NCBI RefSeq assembly: GCF_037042905.1
Contig: NC_087246.1
Location: forward strand, 5,148,001 to 5,212,000
Source: Lytechinus pictus
Taxonomy: Eukaryota
Length of the DNA stretch: 64,000 bases
Reading direction: 5' to 3'
Shown: in pieces, positions 51,163 through 64,000 of the stretch
How positions within the stretch are numbered: position 1 is the stretch's first letter
How the letters are laid out: every line of letters starts with the position of its first letter
Notes under the pieces: model-generated
What the model was told of the DNA's origin: nothing
Database searches by the model: none
The model's input: the letters and a program-made list of their open reading frames with translations, nothing else
Position numbers and translations under genes: made by a program

Positions 51163-54100
51163 CAACTCGGACCACGGGACATCTCGGACCGCGGGCCGAG
51201 TTGTCCCACCCATTACGATATTTTTTTTTCACAAATTTGCGTCTATTTTTCCGTCATTTCGTAATTTCTTGTAAAGATTTTCTAGAGATATGGTCTGATG
51301 GTAATGTTCTTCACTTTCTATTACTTTTTTTTTCGCTGAAATAAAAAAAAAGTGTAATTTTAGGCGTTTTTCGACAGCTCGCGATTCCCATAGGCGCGCG
51401 TGTATTAACTGTGTCGGTGCTCGGCTCGGCCCCACTCAACAACTGACTTGATTTTGTGATCATTTCTCCTCAAGTTACCACTTTTATCGCAGAAGATGGA
51501 CTTTCTTGTATTCCATTAACTCCATTTTCTCATCACAAGAATAAAATTTGGTGCATTTGCACGATTTTGTTAAAGTTTTTCACCTTTTCTCTCTGGTCGC
51601 AAGAAGCGAACAACCGATGAACGGTCCGCTGCTCTTCATCGCAATTCTACGTAGCTCGGCCGCCTAAACTGGCGGGGTGGGATTCAGCCCGAATCCCCAA
51701 TGGAAGTGGGCGTGCACAGTCAAAGAGCTGAGCTTGACCGAGTGAGAGAGTGAACTAGAGCTTGAAGCTTGGCAGTGTCGTATAGGCTCTGCCTTTTTTT
51801 TTGTAAATATTTATAAGCCTATATATTTTTTTATTTTTTCTATTTTTATTTTCCCTGGTGTAGAGCTTTAAGATAATAATTTAATATACTTCAATTTCTT
51901 TGACTGAGTGTGACTGTGGTGTGGATGTTTGAGTACTTTCGCACAAAAAATACTTTTACGATCAGTGTGGGGGCTCGGGGCGATTTCACTCCTGCCCCCG
52001 AAATGTGAAAAAATATTCGCAGTGTAGATGTGTGGGCATGCCGGGCTGAGGGTAGCCATCAATAATAAATGTTTATTAGGGGGCTTAATTTTTAACTTCA
52101 AATTGATTATTTTTAGGCCTATTTTTTTTTTCTTTTTTTTCATTTTTTTTTTATATTGAGTGTCCCTGGTGTAGAGAGCTGAGTTTTAAGTTGTAATAAT
52201 CAATATGCTTCAATTTCTTTGACTTTGAGTGTGACTGTGGTGTGGATGTTTGAGTCGCACAAAAAATAATTTTACGTGGATGGGGGCTCGGAGCCTCTTC
52301 ACTCCTGCCCCCGAAATGTGAAAAAATATTCGCAGTGTAGGTGTGTTGGCATGCCGGGCTGAGGGTAGCCATCAATAATAAATGTTTATTAGGGGGCTTA
52401 ATTTTTAACTTCAAATTGATTATTTTTAGGCCTATTTTTTTTTTCTTTTTTTTCATTTTTTTTTTATATTGAGTGTCCCTGGTGTAGAGAGCTGAGTTTT
52501 AAGTTGTAATAATCAATATGCTTCAATTTCTTTGACTTTGAGTGTGACTGTGGTGTGGATGTTTGAGTCGCACAAAAAATAATTTTACGTGGATGGGGGC
52601 TCGGAGCCTCTTCACTCCTGCCCCCGAAATGTGAAAATGTTCTAGGTGTATCTGTGTGGGCATGCCAATTTCATTTTTATTTTTTATATTGAGTTTCCCT
52701 GGTGTAGAGAGCCGAGTTTTGGAGATGGTGAGAGGGGCGAGGATGTGAGGGATGGCGATGATGAGGGGTGGGCCTTGATGATGAGAGGGACGAGGAGGTG
52801 AGAGATGGTGATGATGAGAGGGATGATAATTTTTGATGACTCTTAATGAGAGGGGGGGGGGGGTGATGAGAGGGATGAAGGTAATGAAAGAGATGGAGAT
52901 GAGGATGATGAAACGGACGAGGATGTGAGGGATGGGGATGATGACTCTTGATGAGAGGGGTGCATGGAGATGGTGAGAGGGACAAGGGTGTGAGGGATGG
53001 GGATGATTATGGGAGGAAATCCCAGGGGGGGGGGGACGTGTCCCCCTACCAAAAATAGTAAAGGGACACAATATCAAATGTCCACCCTACTATTTTTCTT
53101 CTTGTATGATGGAGAACAAAATAATACATCATTCACAATCGAAATAATACATGTATTTAGGACTAAATTAATGACCTTATATTTGTGAAAACCCCCTTTT
53201 TTTTCTTGTCAATTATTTTTGGGTTATAAAATGACCCTACATTTTGGGCGATAACCTTTTTTTTAATGCTTGTCAAATTTTCCAGCCCCAGGTCCCCCCG
53301 TGGGGACAGATTTCCGCCCATGGGGATGATGATAGGGACGAGGATGATGATAGGGATGAGGATGATGGGGAGGGAAGGTGAAAAGCCGGCAGAGATGGAT
53401 TTAAGAGGAAAATTCCATCCGACGAATGCAGTCATGAAGATTCCGTCCCACATGATAACCCAAAATTATGGCTTGATTTTTGTTCTAAATCATGTTATGT
53501 GATGAAAATCACACTATGCCCTACACATATTTTGGTTATATTGAAAGAAAATAGGGGTAATATTTTTTCCAATTATCAATAAATTAAATTCTTCATTCAA
53601 TAAAAATGACGAATTTATGATTTTGAATTTCATTTCTTTTATATAGCATGTGGTTTTTCTTTTTTATTAAATTTATTTTACTTTATTTTTCATCACTGTA
53701 TCATGATTTTTGTCTCACCTGGATAGCAGAGTGAGACTATAGGCGCCGCTTTTCCGACGGCAGCGTCAACATCAAATCTTAACCGAATAAGTTTCTGAAA
53801 TGACAGCATAACTTAGAAAGTATTAGGACATAGTTCATGAAACTTGGACATAAGATTAATCAAGTATCACTGAACATCCTGCAGCGAGTTTCAGGTCACA
53901 TGACCAAGGTCAAAGGTCATTCAATGTCAATGAACTTTGGCCATGTGGGGGGTATTTGTTGAATAACTAATTTTGAATAACTATTTTATTGTAGTTTTCA
54001 AAGTCAGCACTGCTCCCGGGCACTGCTGCTATATTAAATCGTGTAATGCAGGTGTCAGGTAAGACTGCCAGTGACGTTCCACTTGTTGTATCATTACAGG

Positions 54101-57100
54101 GCTCTCTACTTAACTCAGTTTTTTTTATTAAAGAGACCACTCTTTCTTGAGAAAACAGAAATAATAAATAAATCATTTAAAGGGATGCTCCGGGATGAAA
54201 ATATTTAATGAAAATATTTAATGAAATAAGCACTTTGATATAGTAACATTCACATATCAAAGTGCTTATTTCATTAAAATCTGACATCAAATAGCGGGGT
54301 TATTGAATTTAACGTTTAAAAATTAATCAATCTAATTTCATATAATAAAAGTGAGGATGTGACATCATAAGCTTGCTTATTGAATATCCATGTAGACACG
54401 CCAGACCTGTTTCACCAGAATAATGCAAATCATTCTTTAAAATGCAGCGATAATTTTGTTATTCCTTATCCGATTTTGATCAAATTTTTAATGTTTTCTT
54501 TGTTCAAATCATATCATTTTCAGCCTGGAGTACCCCATTATCACTGATATATAACTTATTAAATAATATTGCCACAATTTGTTCAAGTTGTTCAAATTAT
54601 CTAGTAAATACAATAATTTTATTGTTACAGAAGCTTGTCTTAAGAGTCATTGAGAAGGTGATCATAGAGCTAATGCTTGTGTCAACAATTTATCAACCAC
54701 GTGACCTGCAACTTGCATAATTTATGTAAATATATACAAAAAGTCAAAAATTTTCTAACTGGTACACCTTAAATGATTACATCCATAATCATGATACCAG
54801 GAACTAGAAAATGTAGATTGGAAAACAACACTAGGGCAACTAAGTGTTAGATACAAAGTTCAGTTTTCTAGAATGGGTGATATTCTATTAAAGAAAAACA
54901 AAAACAACATCACTCCAAAGGAACTGCAAATATTATTTGATAAAAACAAAACCCACTTCATAGTTTCTATTTGCAATATTGTATTGACCACCCTTCTCCT
55001 GTTTTTAATATCCAGACAAGCATGATTTGTCGTTACCCCCGGCCTGGGCCCTCCATGTACCTGTCATTTCTTTGTATTTTCCCTCTTTTTCTTTGTTTTT
55101 TCTATTGATCGATGTATCAGTGTTTAGTATTGTTGGCTTTTTTTTATACCAGTAATAGAATATAAATTTAATTGAAGAGTGATGAACATAATGAGAAAGG
55201 GAGACAATGATTAGATAAGAATGGAGATAAAATATGATTTGAAAATATTACAATTTACAGAATATGACATATACATGTATATTTCTATTTATTCAAAGTT
55301 CACAATTCATTATTATTCAGGCTTACATTTTAAATTTAAACAAGTTAATTAAGATTAGTGATGCATTTTGGAACAATACTAACTTAAATACGTTTTACTT
55401 TGAATAAACAATAATTGGTAAAAATACAAAACACAAAACTTCTTACTCCATTCTTTCCTCCTGTAAAAAATTACAAACTAAATGAAATGGACATTAGTTC
55501 CAGTGGCGAATCAGGGGGGGGGGGGGGTTGCACATTCGGCCTCTCCCCCTTGAGAGGTACTCAAAAGGCAACTGAGAACCTTTTTTTTTCTTTGCTTGTC
55601 AAATTTTTCCTGGGGGAAACAAATTACTATGATTTGGCAGTGAAGACCTTTTGTCAAAATATTCCTATACAAAATGCCCCCCTGGCCCTGTAGGGAAATG
55701 TTGGATCCGCCCCTGATTATATTTCAAATGGGAATAACACTGAGTGGCCCTAAAACTTGATTGAAAAAAATGTTCACAACTGTATAGGGCAAGGCTTCAG
55801 TCTCCAAGCTCACGACTGCAGGTACGTCCACTTCCATTGGCAATTCCGGCTGAATTCCACCCCGGCAGCCTGACATCCACCCTTATGACCAAGAAATGAA
55901 ATTAAAGAAAGTAAATCAGGGAAAAAACGAGGAATGGAAAGGGGCACAATAAATTACATCATTTTGTTTTAAATCCTGTAAAAAATAAAAAATAATAATT
56001 AATTTAATTTCAAATTAAGCCCCCAAATAAAACATTTTTTATTGATGGCTACCCTCATCCCGGCATGCCCACACAGCTACACCCCGAATATTTATTTTTT
56101 CACATTTCGGGGGCAGGAGTGAAATCGCCCCGAGCCCCATGCACCCACGTAAAAGTATTTTTTTTGCGACTCAAACATCCACACCACAGTCACACTCAAA
56201 GTCAAAGAAATTGAAGCATATTAATTATTGCAACTTAAAACTCGGCTCTCTACACCAGGGAAACTCAATATAAAAAAAAAATAAAATAAAAAAATAGGCC
56301 TAAAAATAATCAATTTGAAGTTAAAAATTAAGCCCCCAAATAAACATTTATTATTTATGGCTACCCTCAGCCCGGCATGCCAACACACCTACACTGCGAA
56401 TATTTTTTCACATTTCGGGGGCAGGAGTGAAGAGGCTCCGAGCCCCCATCCACGTAAAATTATTTTTTGTGCGACTCAAACATCCACACCACAGTCACAC
56501 TCAAAGTCAAAGAAATTGAAGCATATTGATTATTACAACTTAAAACTCAGCTCTCTACACCAGGGACACTCAATATAAAAAAAAAATGAAAAAAATGAAA
56601 AAAAAAATAGGCCTAAAAATAATCAATTTGAAGTTAAAAATTAAGCCCCCTAATAAACATTTATTATTGATGGCTACCCTCAGCCCGGCATGCCCACACA
56701 TCTACACTGCGAATATTTTTTCACATTTCGGGGGCAGGAGTGAAATCGCCCCGAGCCCCCACACTGATCGTAAAAGTATTTTTTGTGCGAAAGTACTCAA
56801 ACATCCACACCACAGTCACACTCAGTCAAAGAAATTGAAGTATATTAAATTATTATCTTAAAGCTCTACACCAGGGAAAATAAAAATAGAAAAAATAAAA
56901 AAATATATAGGCTTATAAATATTTACAAAAAAAAGGCAGAGCCTATACGACACTGCCAAGCTTCAAGCTCTAGTTCACTCTCTCACTCAGTCAAGCTCAG
57001 CTCTTTGACTGTGCACGCCCACTTCCATTGGGGATTCGGGCTGAATCCCACCCCGCCAGTTTAGGCGGCCGAGCTACGTAGAATTGCGATGAAGAGCAGC

Positions 57101-57565
57101 GGACCGTTCATCGGTTGTTCGCTTCTTGCGACCAGAGAGAAAAGGTGAAAAACTTTAACAAAATCGTGCAAATGCACCAAATTTTATTCTTGTGATGAGA
57201 AAATGGAGTTAATGGAATACAAGAATGTCCATCTTCTGCGATAAAAGTGGTAACTTGAGGAGAAATGATCACAAAATCAAGTCAGTTGTTGAGCGGGGCC
57301 GAGCCGAGCACCGACACAGTTAATACACGCGCGCCTATGGGAATCGCGAGCTGTCAAAAAACGCCTAAAATTACACTTTTTTTTTATTTCAGCGAAAAAA
57401 AAAGTAATAGAAAGTGAAGAACATTACTATCAGACCATATCTCTAGAAAATCTTTACAAGAAATTACGAAATGACGGAAAAATAGACGCAAATTTGTGAA
57501 AAAAAAATATCGTAATGGGTGGGACAACTCGGCCCGCGGTCCGAGATGTCCCGTGGTCCGAGTTG
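51163..57565. mobile_element. Large foldback element with ~1.55-kb inverted arms
   Basis: ~51163-52720 is the reverse complement of ~55990-57565. Each arm has ~700 bp of unique sequence plus three ~280-313-bp tandem units; the outer ends carry caactcggacc repeats. Confidence 0.85.
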
Positions 57566-57869
57566 TCCCTGATTCGGACAACCATCTTACGTAGCACACA
57601 CAAAAATGAACTCGCGGGACCGAGCGAATAAGATCTGCACAACACTCAACAGTCAACTCAGCTCTCAACAGAAGAAATTATATTAAAAAATCCTCAATTT
57701 TAGAATGAAAGTGCTTACCACTTTGCTATCTCTCATTTAGCATCAGGACAAACTCAATTTGTATAAGATTTGGAAAGTACTAAGTCTAAGAACTTAACAC
57801 TAATAGGTAGGCACTTTTGATGACAAAGTACAGCGAGGGGCGATAAAATGTCCAGCTCTACGTCACTAT

Positions 57870-59058
57870 CAACGAACGTAGAGGGCAGCAACACACAAGC
57901 GTGTTGCTCTAAGGAAGGTCAACTCCGCTCGAATTTTGTGACCACTTTAAAAAATAAGGTGGGGTTTTGGGAAATTTGTCGAGTTGATTTTTTTTCATTT
58001 GTTAATTTCAAATATTTTTTAATGAACAATTATTAGATCGGTTATTCTGGGTATAAATATTAAAAATATTACTTACATTTTTAAAGAAAATATTTAGCTT
58101 AAGTAATCATGATTTTGACATTTTTCCTCATTTTGGAATATTAAGCCTGTGACGAGGATACCTCATATCTCTTATTTTCTTCTGCTGAATTTCGCTGCAC
58201 CACTAATAAATGCATAGACAACCACCGTAATAATCGAGGTCATTTTTCTGGCCTGGGTGCGCCGAGTCTGGGCCGGTCGCGCAGCTAGCTAGTGACGTTG
58301 ATGATGCGCTGGGGCCGGCTTCAGGCGACTCGTCATAGATCTAGCAACTTAGACAATGACGTCTAATTTGCCTGGCCTGATTTGAAGTGTAATGGCTTCA
58401 GGGCTGATGTTTATCAACGATGATTGTTCAAGGTTAGATTTCAAATTTTAAATGTCATTTGACTTTTAAGTCTATAAATCTGAAATAAAGGCGCTGTATC
58501 CCCGGAGGCCGGGTCTAAATTTCAACTCTGAGTCCGAGACCATGGCATGGACGGCGAAAAAACAACCCATGCATCGGATGCATTGCATTGGCTGCGCGCT
58601 GCGCTGCAGCTGCACTGTGATGATGGGTTCAGCGAAGAGCTCAGAGAAAATAAGGTGGTTATATTCAATCCCGAAATGCTTTGCGAGTGGTCACAAAATC
58701 CTCTCGACGCAAATCACCTAATACAGCCGTCTGGTGAAATCGCTGATAACAACAATCACCGATTTGGTAATGATTTTAGTTTCCTGAAACTTATATTTGT
58801 AAAGTTTTAAATATCAAAGTATGTTTTTATATGTATTTATATTCCTCAACATATTTTTTAAGTTATCTTTGATATTGTTGTAGTCATATTCTTTCATATT
58901 CGTTTTTTGATCGCTACTAATTTGTTGTTGTATTTGACCGGCATTTGATTTCGTTGGCATGAACAATAAAATACGCGCGCAGCTCAGCTGCATGCGCGTA
59001 TCGAGTTGACCTTCCTTATAGCAACACGCTTGTGTGTTGCTGCCCTCTACGTTCGTTG
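57870..59058. mobile_element. Non-autonomous DNA transposon (P- or hAT-type; CA...TG ends)
   Basis: ~56-bp TIR caacgaacgtagagggcagcaacacacaagcgtgttgct...; perfect 8-bp TSD gtcactat (57862-57869, 59059-59066). Confidence 0.85.
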
Positions 59059-59229
59059 GTCACTATCCATCTGACGGTTCGCCGATGAATATTCATTAGA
59101 TCGTGGTCGTGTGCATGTGTGTGTGTGTGTACAATACCGAGCGTAAACAACCAAAGGGAGTTTTCAAATGATGTGTGTGTGTATAAAACAACGTAGGAGT
59201 CTATAGTGTAGAAAATAAGTGTTTGATGA

Positions 59230-61030
59230 AGTTTTTACATAAGAGGAGATACCGGTAATACAAATATATTATGGAGGACAATGTAAGATGAGCAGAGGCA
59301 AGTGTACAGTGAGGTTTTTCAAAAAAGGAGATAATACAAATATATGTGGAGGACAATGTAATATGAGATGAGGCAAGTGTGCAGTGAGGTTTTTTCAAAA
59401 GAGGAGATAATAAAAATATATATGGATGACAATGTAAGATGAGGTGAGGAAAGTGTACGGTGATGGTTTTATCAAAAGAGGAGATAATATAAATATATGT
59501 GGAGGACAATGTAAGATGAGATGAGGCAAGTGTGTAGTGAGGTTTTTTTTCAAAAGAGGAAATAATACAAATATATATGGAGGACAATGTAAGATGAGAT
59601 TAGGCAAGTGTGCAGTGAGGTTTTTCCAAAGAGGAGATAATATAAATATATGTGGAGGACAATGTAAGATGAGGTGATCGAGGCAAGTGTACAGTGAGGT
59701 TTTTTCAAAAGAGGAGATAATACAGATATATATGGAGGACAATGTAAGATGAGATGAGGCAAGTGTACAATGAGGTACTTTTATCAATTAAATATTGTAT
59801 AATGATAAAATATATGTAGAGGACAATGTAAGATGAGGTGAGGAAAGTGTGCAATGAGGTTTTTTCAAAAGAGGAGATATATGGAGGACAATGTCAGATG
59901 AGATGAGGCAAGTGTGCAGTGAGGTTTTTTCAAAAGAGGAGATAGTACAGATATATGAAGGACAATGTAAGATGAGATGAGGCAAGTGTACGGTGAGGTT
60001 TTATCAAAAATTGTATGATAAAATTTATGTAGAGGACAATGTAAGATGATATGAGGCAAGTGTATGGTGAGGTTTTATCAAAAATTGTATAATGATAAAA
60101 TATATGTAGAGGACAATGTAAGATGAGCTGAGGCAAGTGTGCAGTGAGGTTTTTTTTTCCAAAGAGGAGATATATGGAGGCCAATGTAAGATGAGATGAG
60201 GCAAGTGTACGGATAGGTTTTATCAAAAATTGTATGATAAAATATATGTAGAGGACAATGTAAGATGAGATGAGGCAAGTGTATGGTGAGGTTTTATAAA
60301 AAATTGTATAATGATAAAATATATGTAGAGGACAATGTAAGATGAGCTGAGGCAAGTGTGCAGTGAGGTTTTTTTCCAAAGAGGAGATAGTACAGATACA
60401 TATGGAGGACAATGTAAGATGAGATGAGGCAAGTGTACGGTGAGGTTTTATCAAAAATTGTATAATGATAAAATATATGTAGAGGACAATGTACGATGAG
60501 CTGAGGCAAGTGTGCAGGGAGGTTTTTTTTCAAAAGAGGAGATATATGGAGGACAATGTAAGATGAGATGAGGCAAGTGTGCAGTGAGGTTTTTTCAAAA
60601 GAGGAGATATATGGAGGACAATGTAAGATGAGGTGAGGCAAGTGTGCAGTGAGGTTTTTTCAAAAGAGGAGATAGTACAGATATATGAAGGACAATGTAA
60701 GATGAGATGAGGCAAGTGTACGGTGAGGTTTTATCAAAAATTGTATGATAAAATTTATGTAGAGGACAATGTAAGATGATATGAGGCAAGTGTATGGTGA
60801 GGTTTTATCAAAAATTGTATAATGATAAAATATATGTAGAGGACAATGTAAGATGAGATGAGGCAAGTGTATGGTGAGGTTTAATAAAAAAATTGTATAA
60901 TGATAAAATATATGTAGAGGACAATGTAAGATGAGGTGAGGAAATTGTGCAGTGAGGATTTTTTTTCAAAAGAGTAGATATATGGAGGACAATGTAAGAT
61001 GAGATGAGGCAAGTGTACAGTGAGGTTCTA
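59230..61030. repeat. Satellite array of ~65-77-bp monomers
   Basis: Repeated gaggacaatgtaagatgagatgaggcaagtgt...gtgaggtttt unit, roughly 24 copies in two subtypes. Confidence 0.95.
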
Positions 61031-61674
61031 TCCGATTTTGATGAAATTTTCAGTGTTATGCTTGTTGAATTTTTCTATTTTTATTCAAATCAACATTTTG
61101 CTTGGGTGGACTTGACCTTTAAGAAAAAAATGTATTTAAAATAGACTTATGTGGAGGTGAGGCAAGTCTGAAATCATATGGATTAGTTGGCGGCCAATTT
61201 TTTGGGAGTGAACTTAACAACTCGAGTGCTTTGAACCTCCTCCTTGCATGAATGAGTTTTTAACCTTTCCACTCCCAAAATGTATAAAATCTCTTCCCAA
61301 AAGATGCAAATCTGATAGAAATAATGTTTTTTTTTTTAAACCAGAATATGCAAAACAATTGTCTTAATATTTTTTTAGTCGTGTTTTACCAGAGTTAGCA
61401 GGAAATCTGTGGTCCCAGAAAAAATAATATTATTTTTTCTTAGTCATGTTTCACCCAAGTCAGCAGGAAAACTGTGGTCCCAGACAAAATTGACCGAGGC
61501 AAATTTACGTGGGCTGGTTCAACTCTAAGTGTTGATTTTGAAAAAGAAAAAGAAATAATATCTTGTCAGTTTATAATACTCATTTTGTCGATAGGAGTCC
61601 ATTCAAGGTCAATAATCATAAATGATATCAAGTGGAAAGGCTATATCGTTTCCTTGCTGATCTAGCATGTCATG

Positions 61675-61820
61675 ATATTTACCTCTGTCATTTTTGCCTC
61701 TGCCATTTTTACCTTTGCCATTATTACTTCTGACATTTTTACCTCTGCCATTTTTGCCTGTGCCATTTTTACCTGTGACATTTTTATCTTTGCCATTATT
61801 ACCTCTGCCATTTTTACCCG
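61675..61820. repeat. 15-bp minisatellite
   Basis: About 10 copies of tgccatttttacctc variants. Confidence 0.9.
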
Positions 61821-64000
61821 TCACCATAAAATTGAATATCAGCCCTGAACCTTATCATCATTACCATCGATCACTTTCATATATACCTCACACCACCTAC
61901 ATCATCACTAACTTCAACTCTCACACTTTGAGTCAATCAACTTAACACTCTCATGCTTGATTAACACTGATTAATAATTTTCTGTTGTAACGGGACGCAC
62001 ACATTATTACTACACCAAACTGTGAGAGGACAACAGCACCTGAGTTATAACATTATGCCAAAATACCACTCAGTCTTGAATTGATTAAATTGATCAAATT
62101 GAAATATATATGAGTCATGCACAAGTGGAAGCCAAGAATAATAATAATAAAAGTCAGAGTATATAATTAGCCATAGTAGATTTGATTGACTTATACTTCA
62201 GGTTTATGTAGCTATACATATTTCAATTGGTTTTTTTGGGGGGAGGGGGTTGTCCTCAGTGATAGTTGATACCTACTGTGTGTTTGGCCAACTTTAATTG
62301 GTAAGCATACATTGACTTAATTAAATGTGACCAGCCACCCAGAAATCAACAATAAGTTGCCATGGAAAGTTTTTAGTAAATAAGCACAATAGTATTTAAT
62401 AAAAGAAAAAAATATCAAAATTTAGTTAATCTAAAAAAGTAATTACTTTTCTTTATACTGTCAAAATTTAAGGTTGTAAAAGTTGAAGACAAAAATACAA
62501 GAGTTTCTTTGAAAACCATTGCTTAATAGTTTAAGTTTGCATATTACCCATCTCACAATTAGTGAACCCCAAATATCGAACCTTGTTTTTTCCCAATTCG
62601 TTGAAGCTCTCACCAATTTTCATGCACTCAATCAAGTACTTAAGAGAGACATTATTGACCTCAATTGATATATCATTTTAAAGCTCATGGTATGCTTGTT
62701 CAAGATGAATGAAAATCTTCAAATTAGTATATGGCATTTATTGTTGGTTTTAGGATGGCTGCAGACATATAGCTTGTCAATTGCCTAAACAGATCACCTT
62801 TTTTTTTTTTTACAAGTGACACCAATTTTTCTCAAGTTTTACTTCACTTTATAAACTGACCAAGTCATGGTCCTTTGAGAACATAAGACTGTCAAAAGAA
62901 CAAGAAATCAGAGACAAAAAATTTCAGGAAGGTCCCACACATATTTCATGGTATTGCCCAAATATATATTTTTATCTGCCGAAAAAGCATGTTACAATTA
63001 ACATGTTTTTTTTACTGGCAAGTATTATACTAGCAGGACATGATAATAAAAAGAAACTGAAGTTTTGATAAATATATATATATATTTATATATGATACAA
63101 TAGTATAAATAACGTTTGTTTACAAATGGTAGTGGCAGGATCAATAAAATAATAAAATATCATACTAGTGTATGATGTTGGCAAGTACTGTTATAATAGT
63201 AGAAGTAGTATTAGTAGTAGTCAAAACATGACCAAAGTTTAATTTGTGATAACAGATGCATGTTAACAATGTTTCTGCACCTTCTCCTAAGACTGTTGTA
63301 TAGGCAGCAAAATGGTTGCAAATTTTGTCTAAAATGGTATGAGTACAATTAACAAAAAAAAAAAAAAATACCAAATAAAACACTATACACTAATGGCATA
63401 GAATCTTACATCAAAATAGTTGTCACAGAATAATGATCAGCCTCAAAACTGATTAATGCTAACAAACAATGAATTATCATATACACAGTTGATACTTGCA
63501 TGATCTAATATTAGCAAGTATCGTAAGAGCAATAAGTTGAATCGATGCAATTAGAAACTTTTATACTAACTAGATGGATTCTCTACTAAATGTACATGTG
63601 GTCAAAATGTAAGGCACTGTCTTTGCTAGAATTTATCAAATGTTTACATATTTAACATGACCTAGCTGACAATTAACCTTTTGAAGAAAAAAAATCTTCA
63701 ATAACAAATGAGGCGATTTCTAAATTGATCCCTTCAAAGAGTTCAGAAGAAAGAGATATTAACAGTTATAATAGTCTGATCGTAAGTCCCTATGCTAATC
63801 ACAAATAGGCCAGATTCATCAAATCCTCTCCTAGCTGAATCCCCCTCCATGCAAAATCTTGTGAATCTTAAGATTTTCTTTCACTAAGAATTCACCTTAT
63901 TTATCTTTAAGTCAAAATTAAATCATTGCACATTTGGACAGAGTAAATGTTTCTCTTTAATATTGGTCATCTATATATTATTTATAATTTTCTTTTGATA

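Noticed and set aside
52523..53502. His/Pro-rich ORFs
   Set aside because: Low-complexity GA/GAT-rich sequence inside the foldback element.
59201..61945. Many ORFs with repeated PHLILHC or GKN peptides; possible CRISPR-like array
   Set aside because: These are translations of satellite and minisatellite DNA. There are no unique spacers or cas genes, and the context is eukaryotic.
63830..63896. Possible last exon of a minus-strand gene (EFLVKENLKIHKILHGGGFS*)
   Set aside because: Too short and unrecognised to support without sequence beyond the window.

Overview
AT-rich, intron-containing animal DNA; the repeat types and RAG1-like relic suggest a marine invertebrate, plausibly an echinoderm (inference). 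Two intact spliced genes were reconstructed by hand. The first is the 3' seven coding exons of protein phosphatase 4 catalytic subunit (PPP4C, + strand, 278-7710). The second is a 10-exon, ~678-aa minus-strand gene (27307-39205) that joins a CaRF/ALS2CR8-like N-terminus to a Mutator (MULE) transposase core with a broken catalytic triad, i.e. an apparently domesticated transposase. Between them lies a tandemly duplicated, frameshifted RAG1-like pseudogene (18087-24037). It keeps the invertebrate-type C-terminal CxxCxxxGHxxxxC motif, shows no recognisable RAG2-like partner or TIRs, and carries a nested LINE-tail plus hAT insertion. The right third is packed with foldback DNA: an intact DD34E Tc1 transposase whose element carries a 1.08-kb antisense copy of itself (a natural hairpin), nested palindromic MITEs, a Harbinger-type element, a ~6.4-kb element with ~1.55-kb inverted arms, a P/hAT-type MITE and a ~75-bp satellite. 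All homology calls come from remembered motifs, not database searches.
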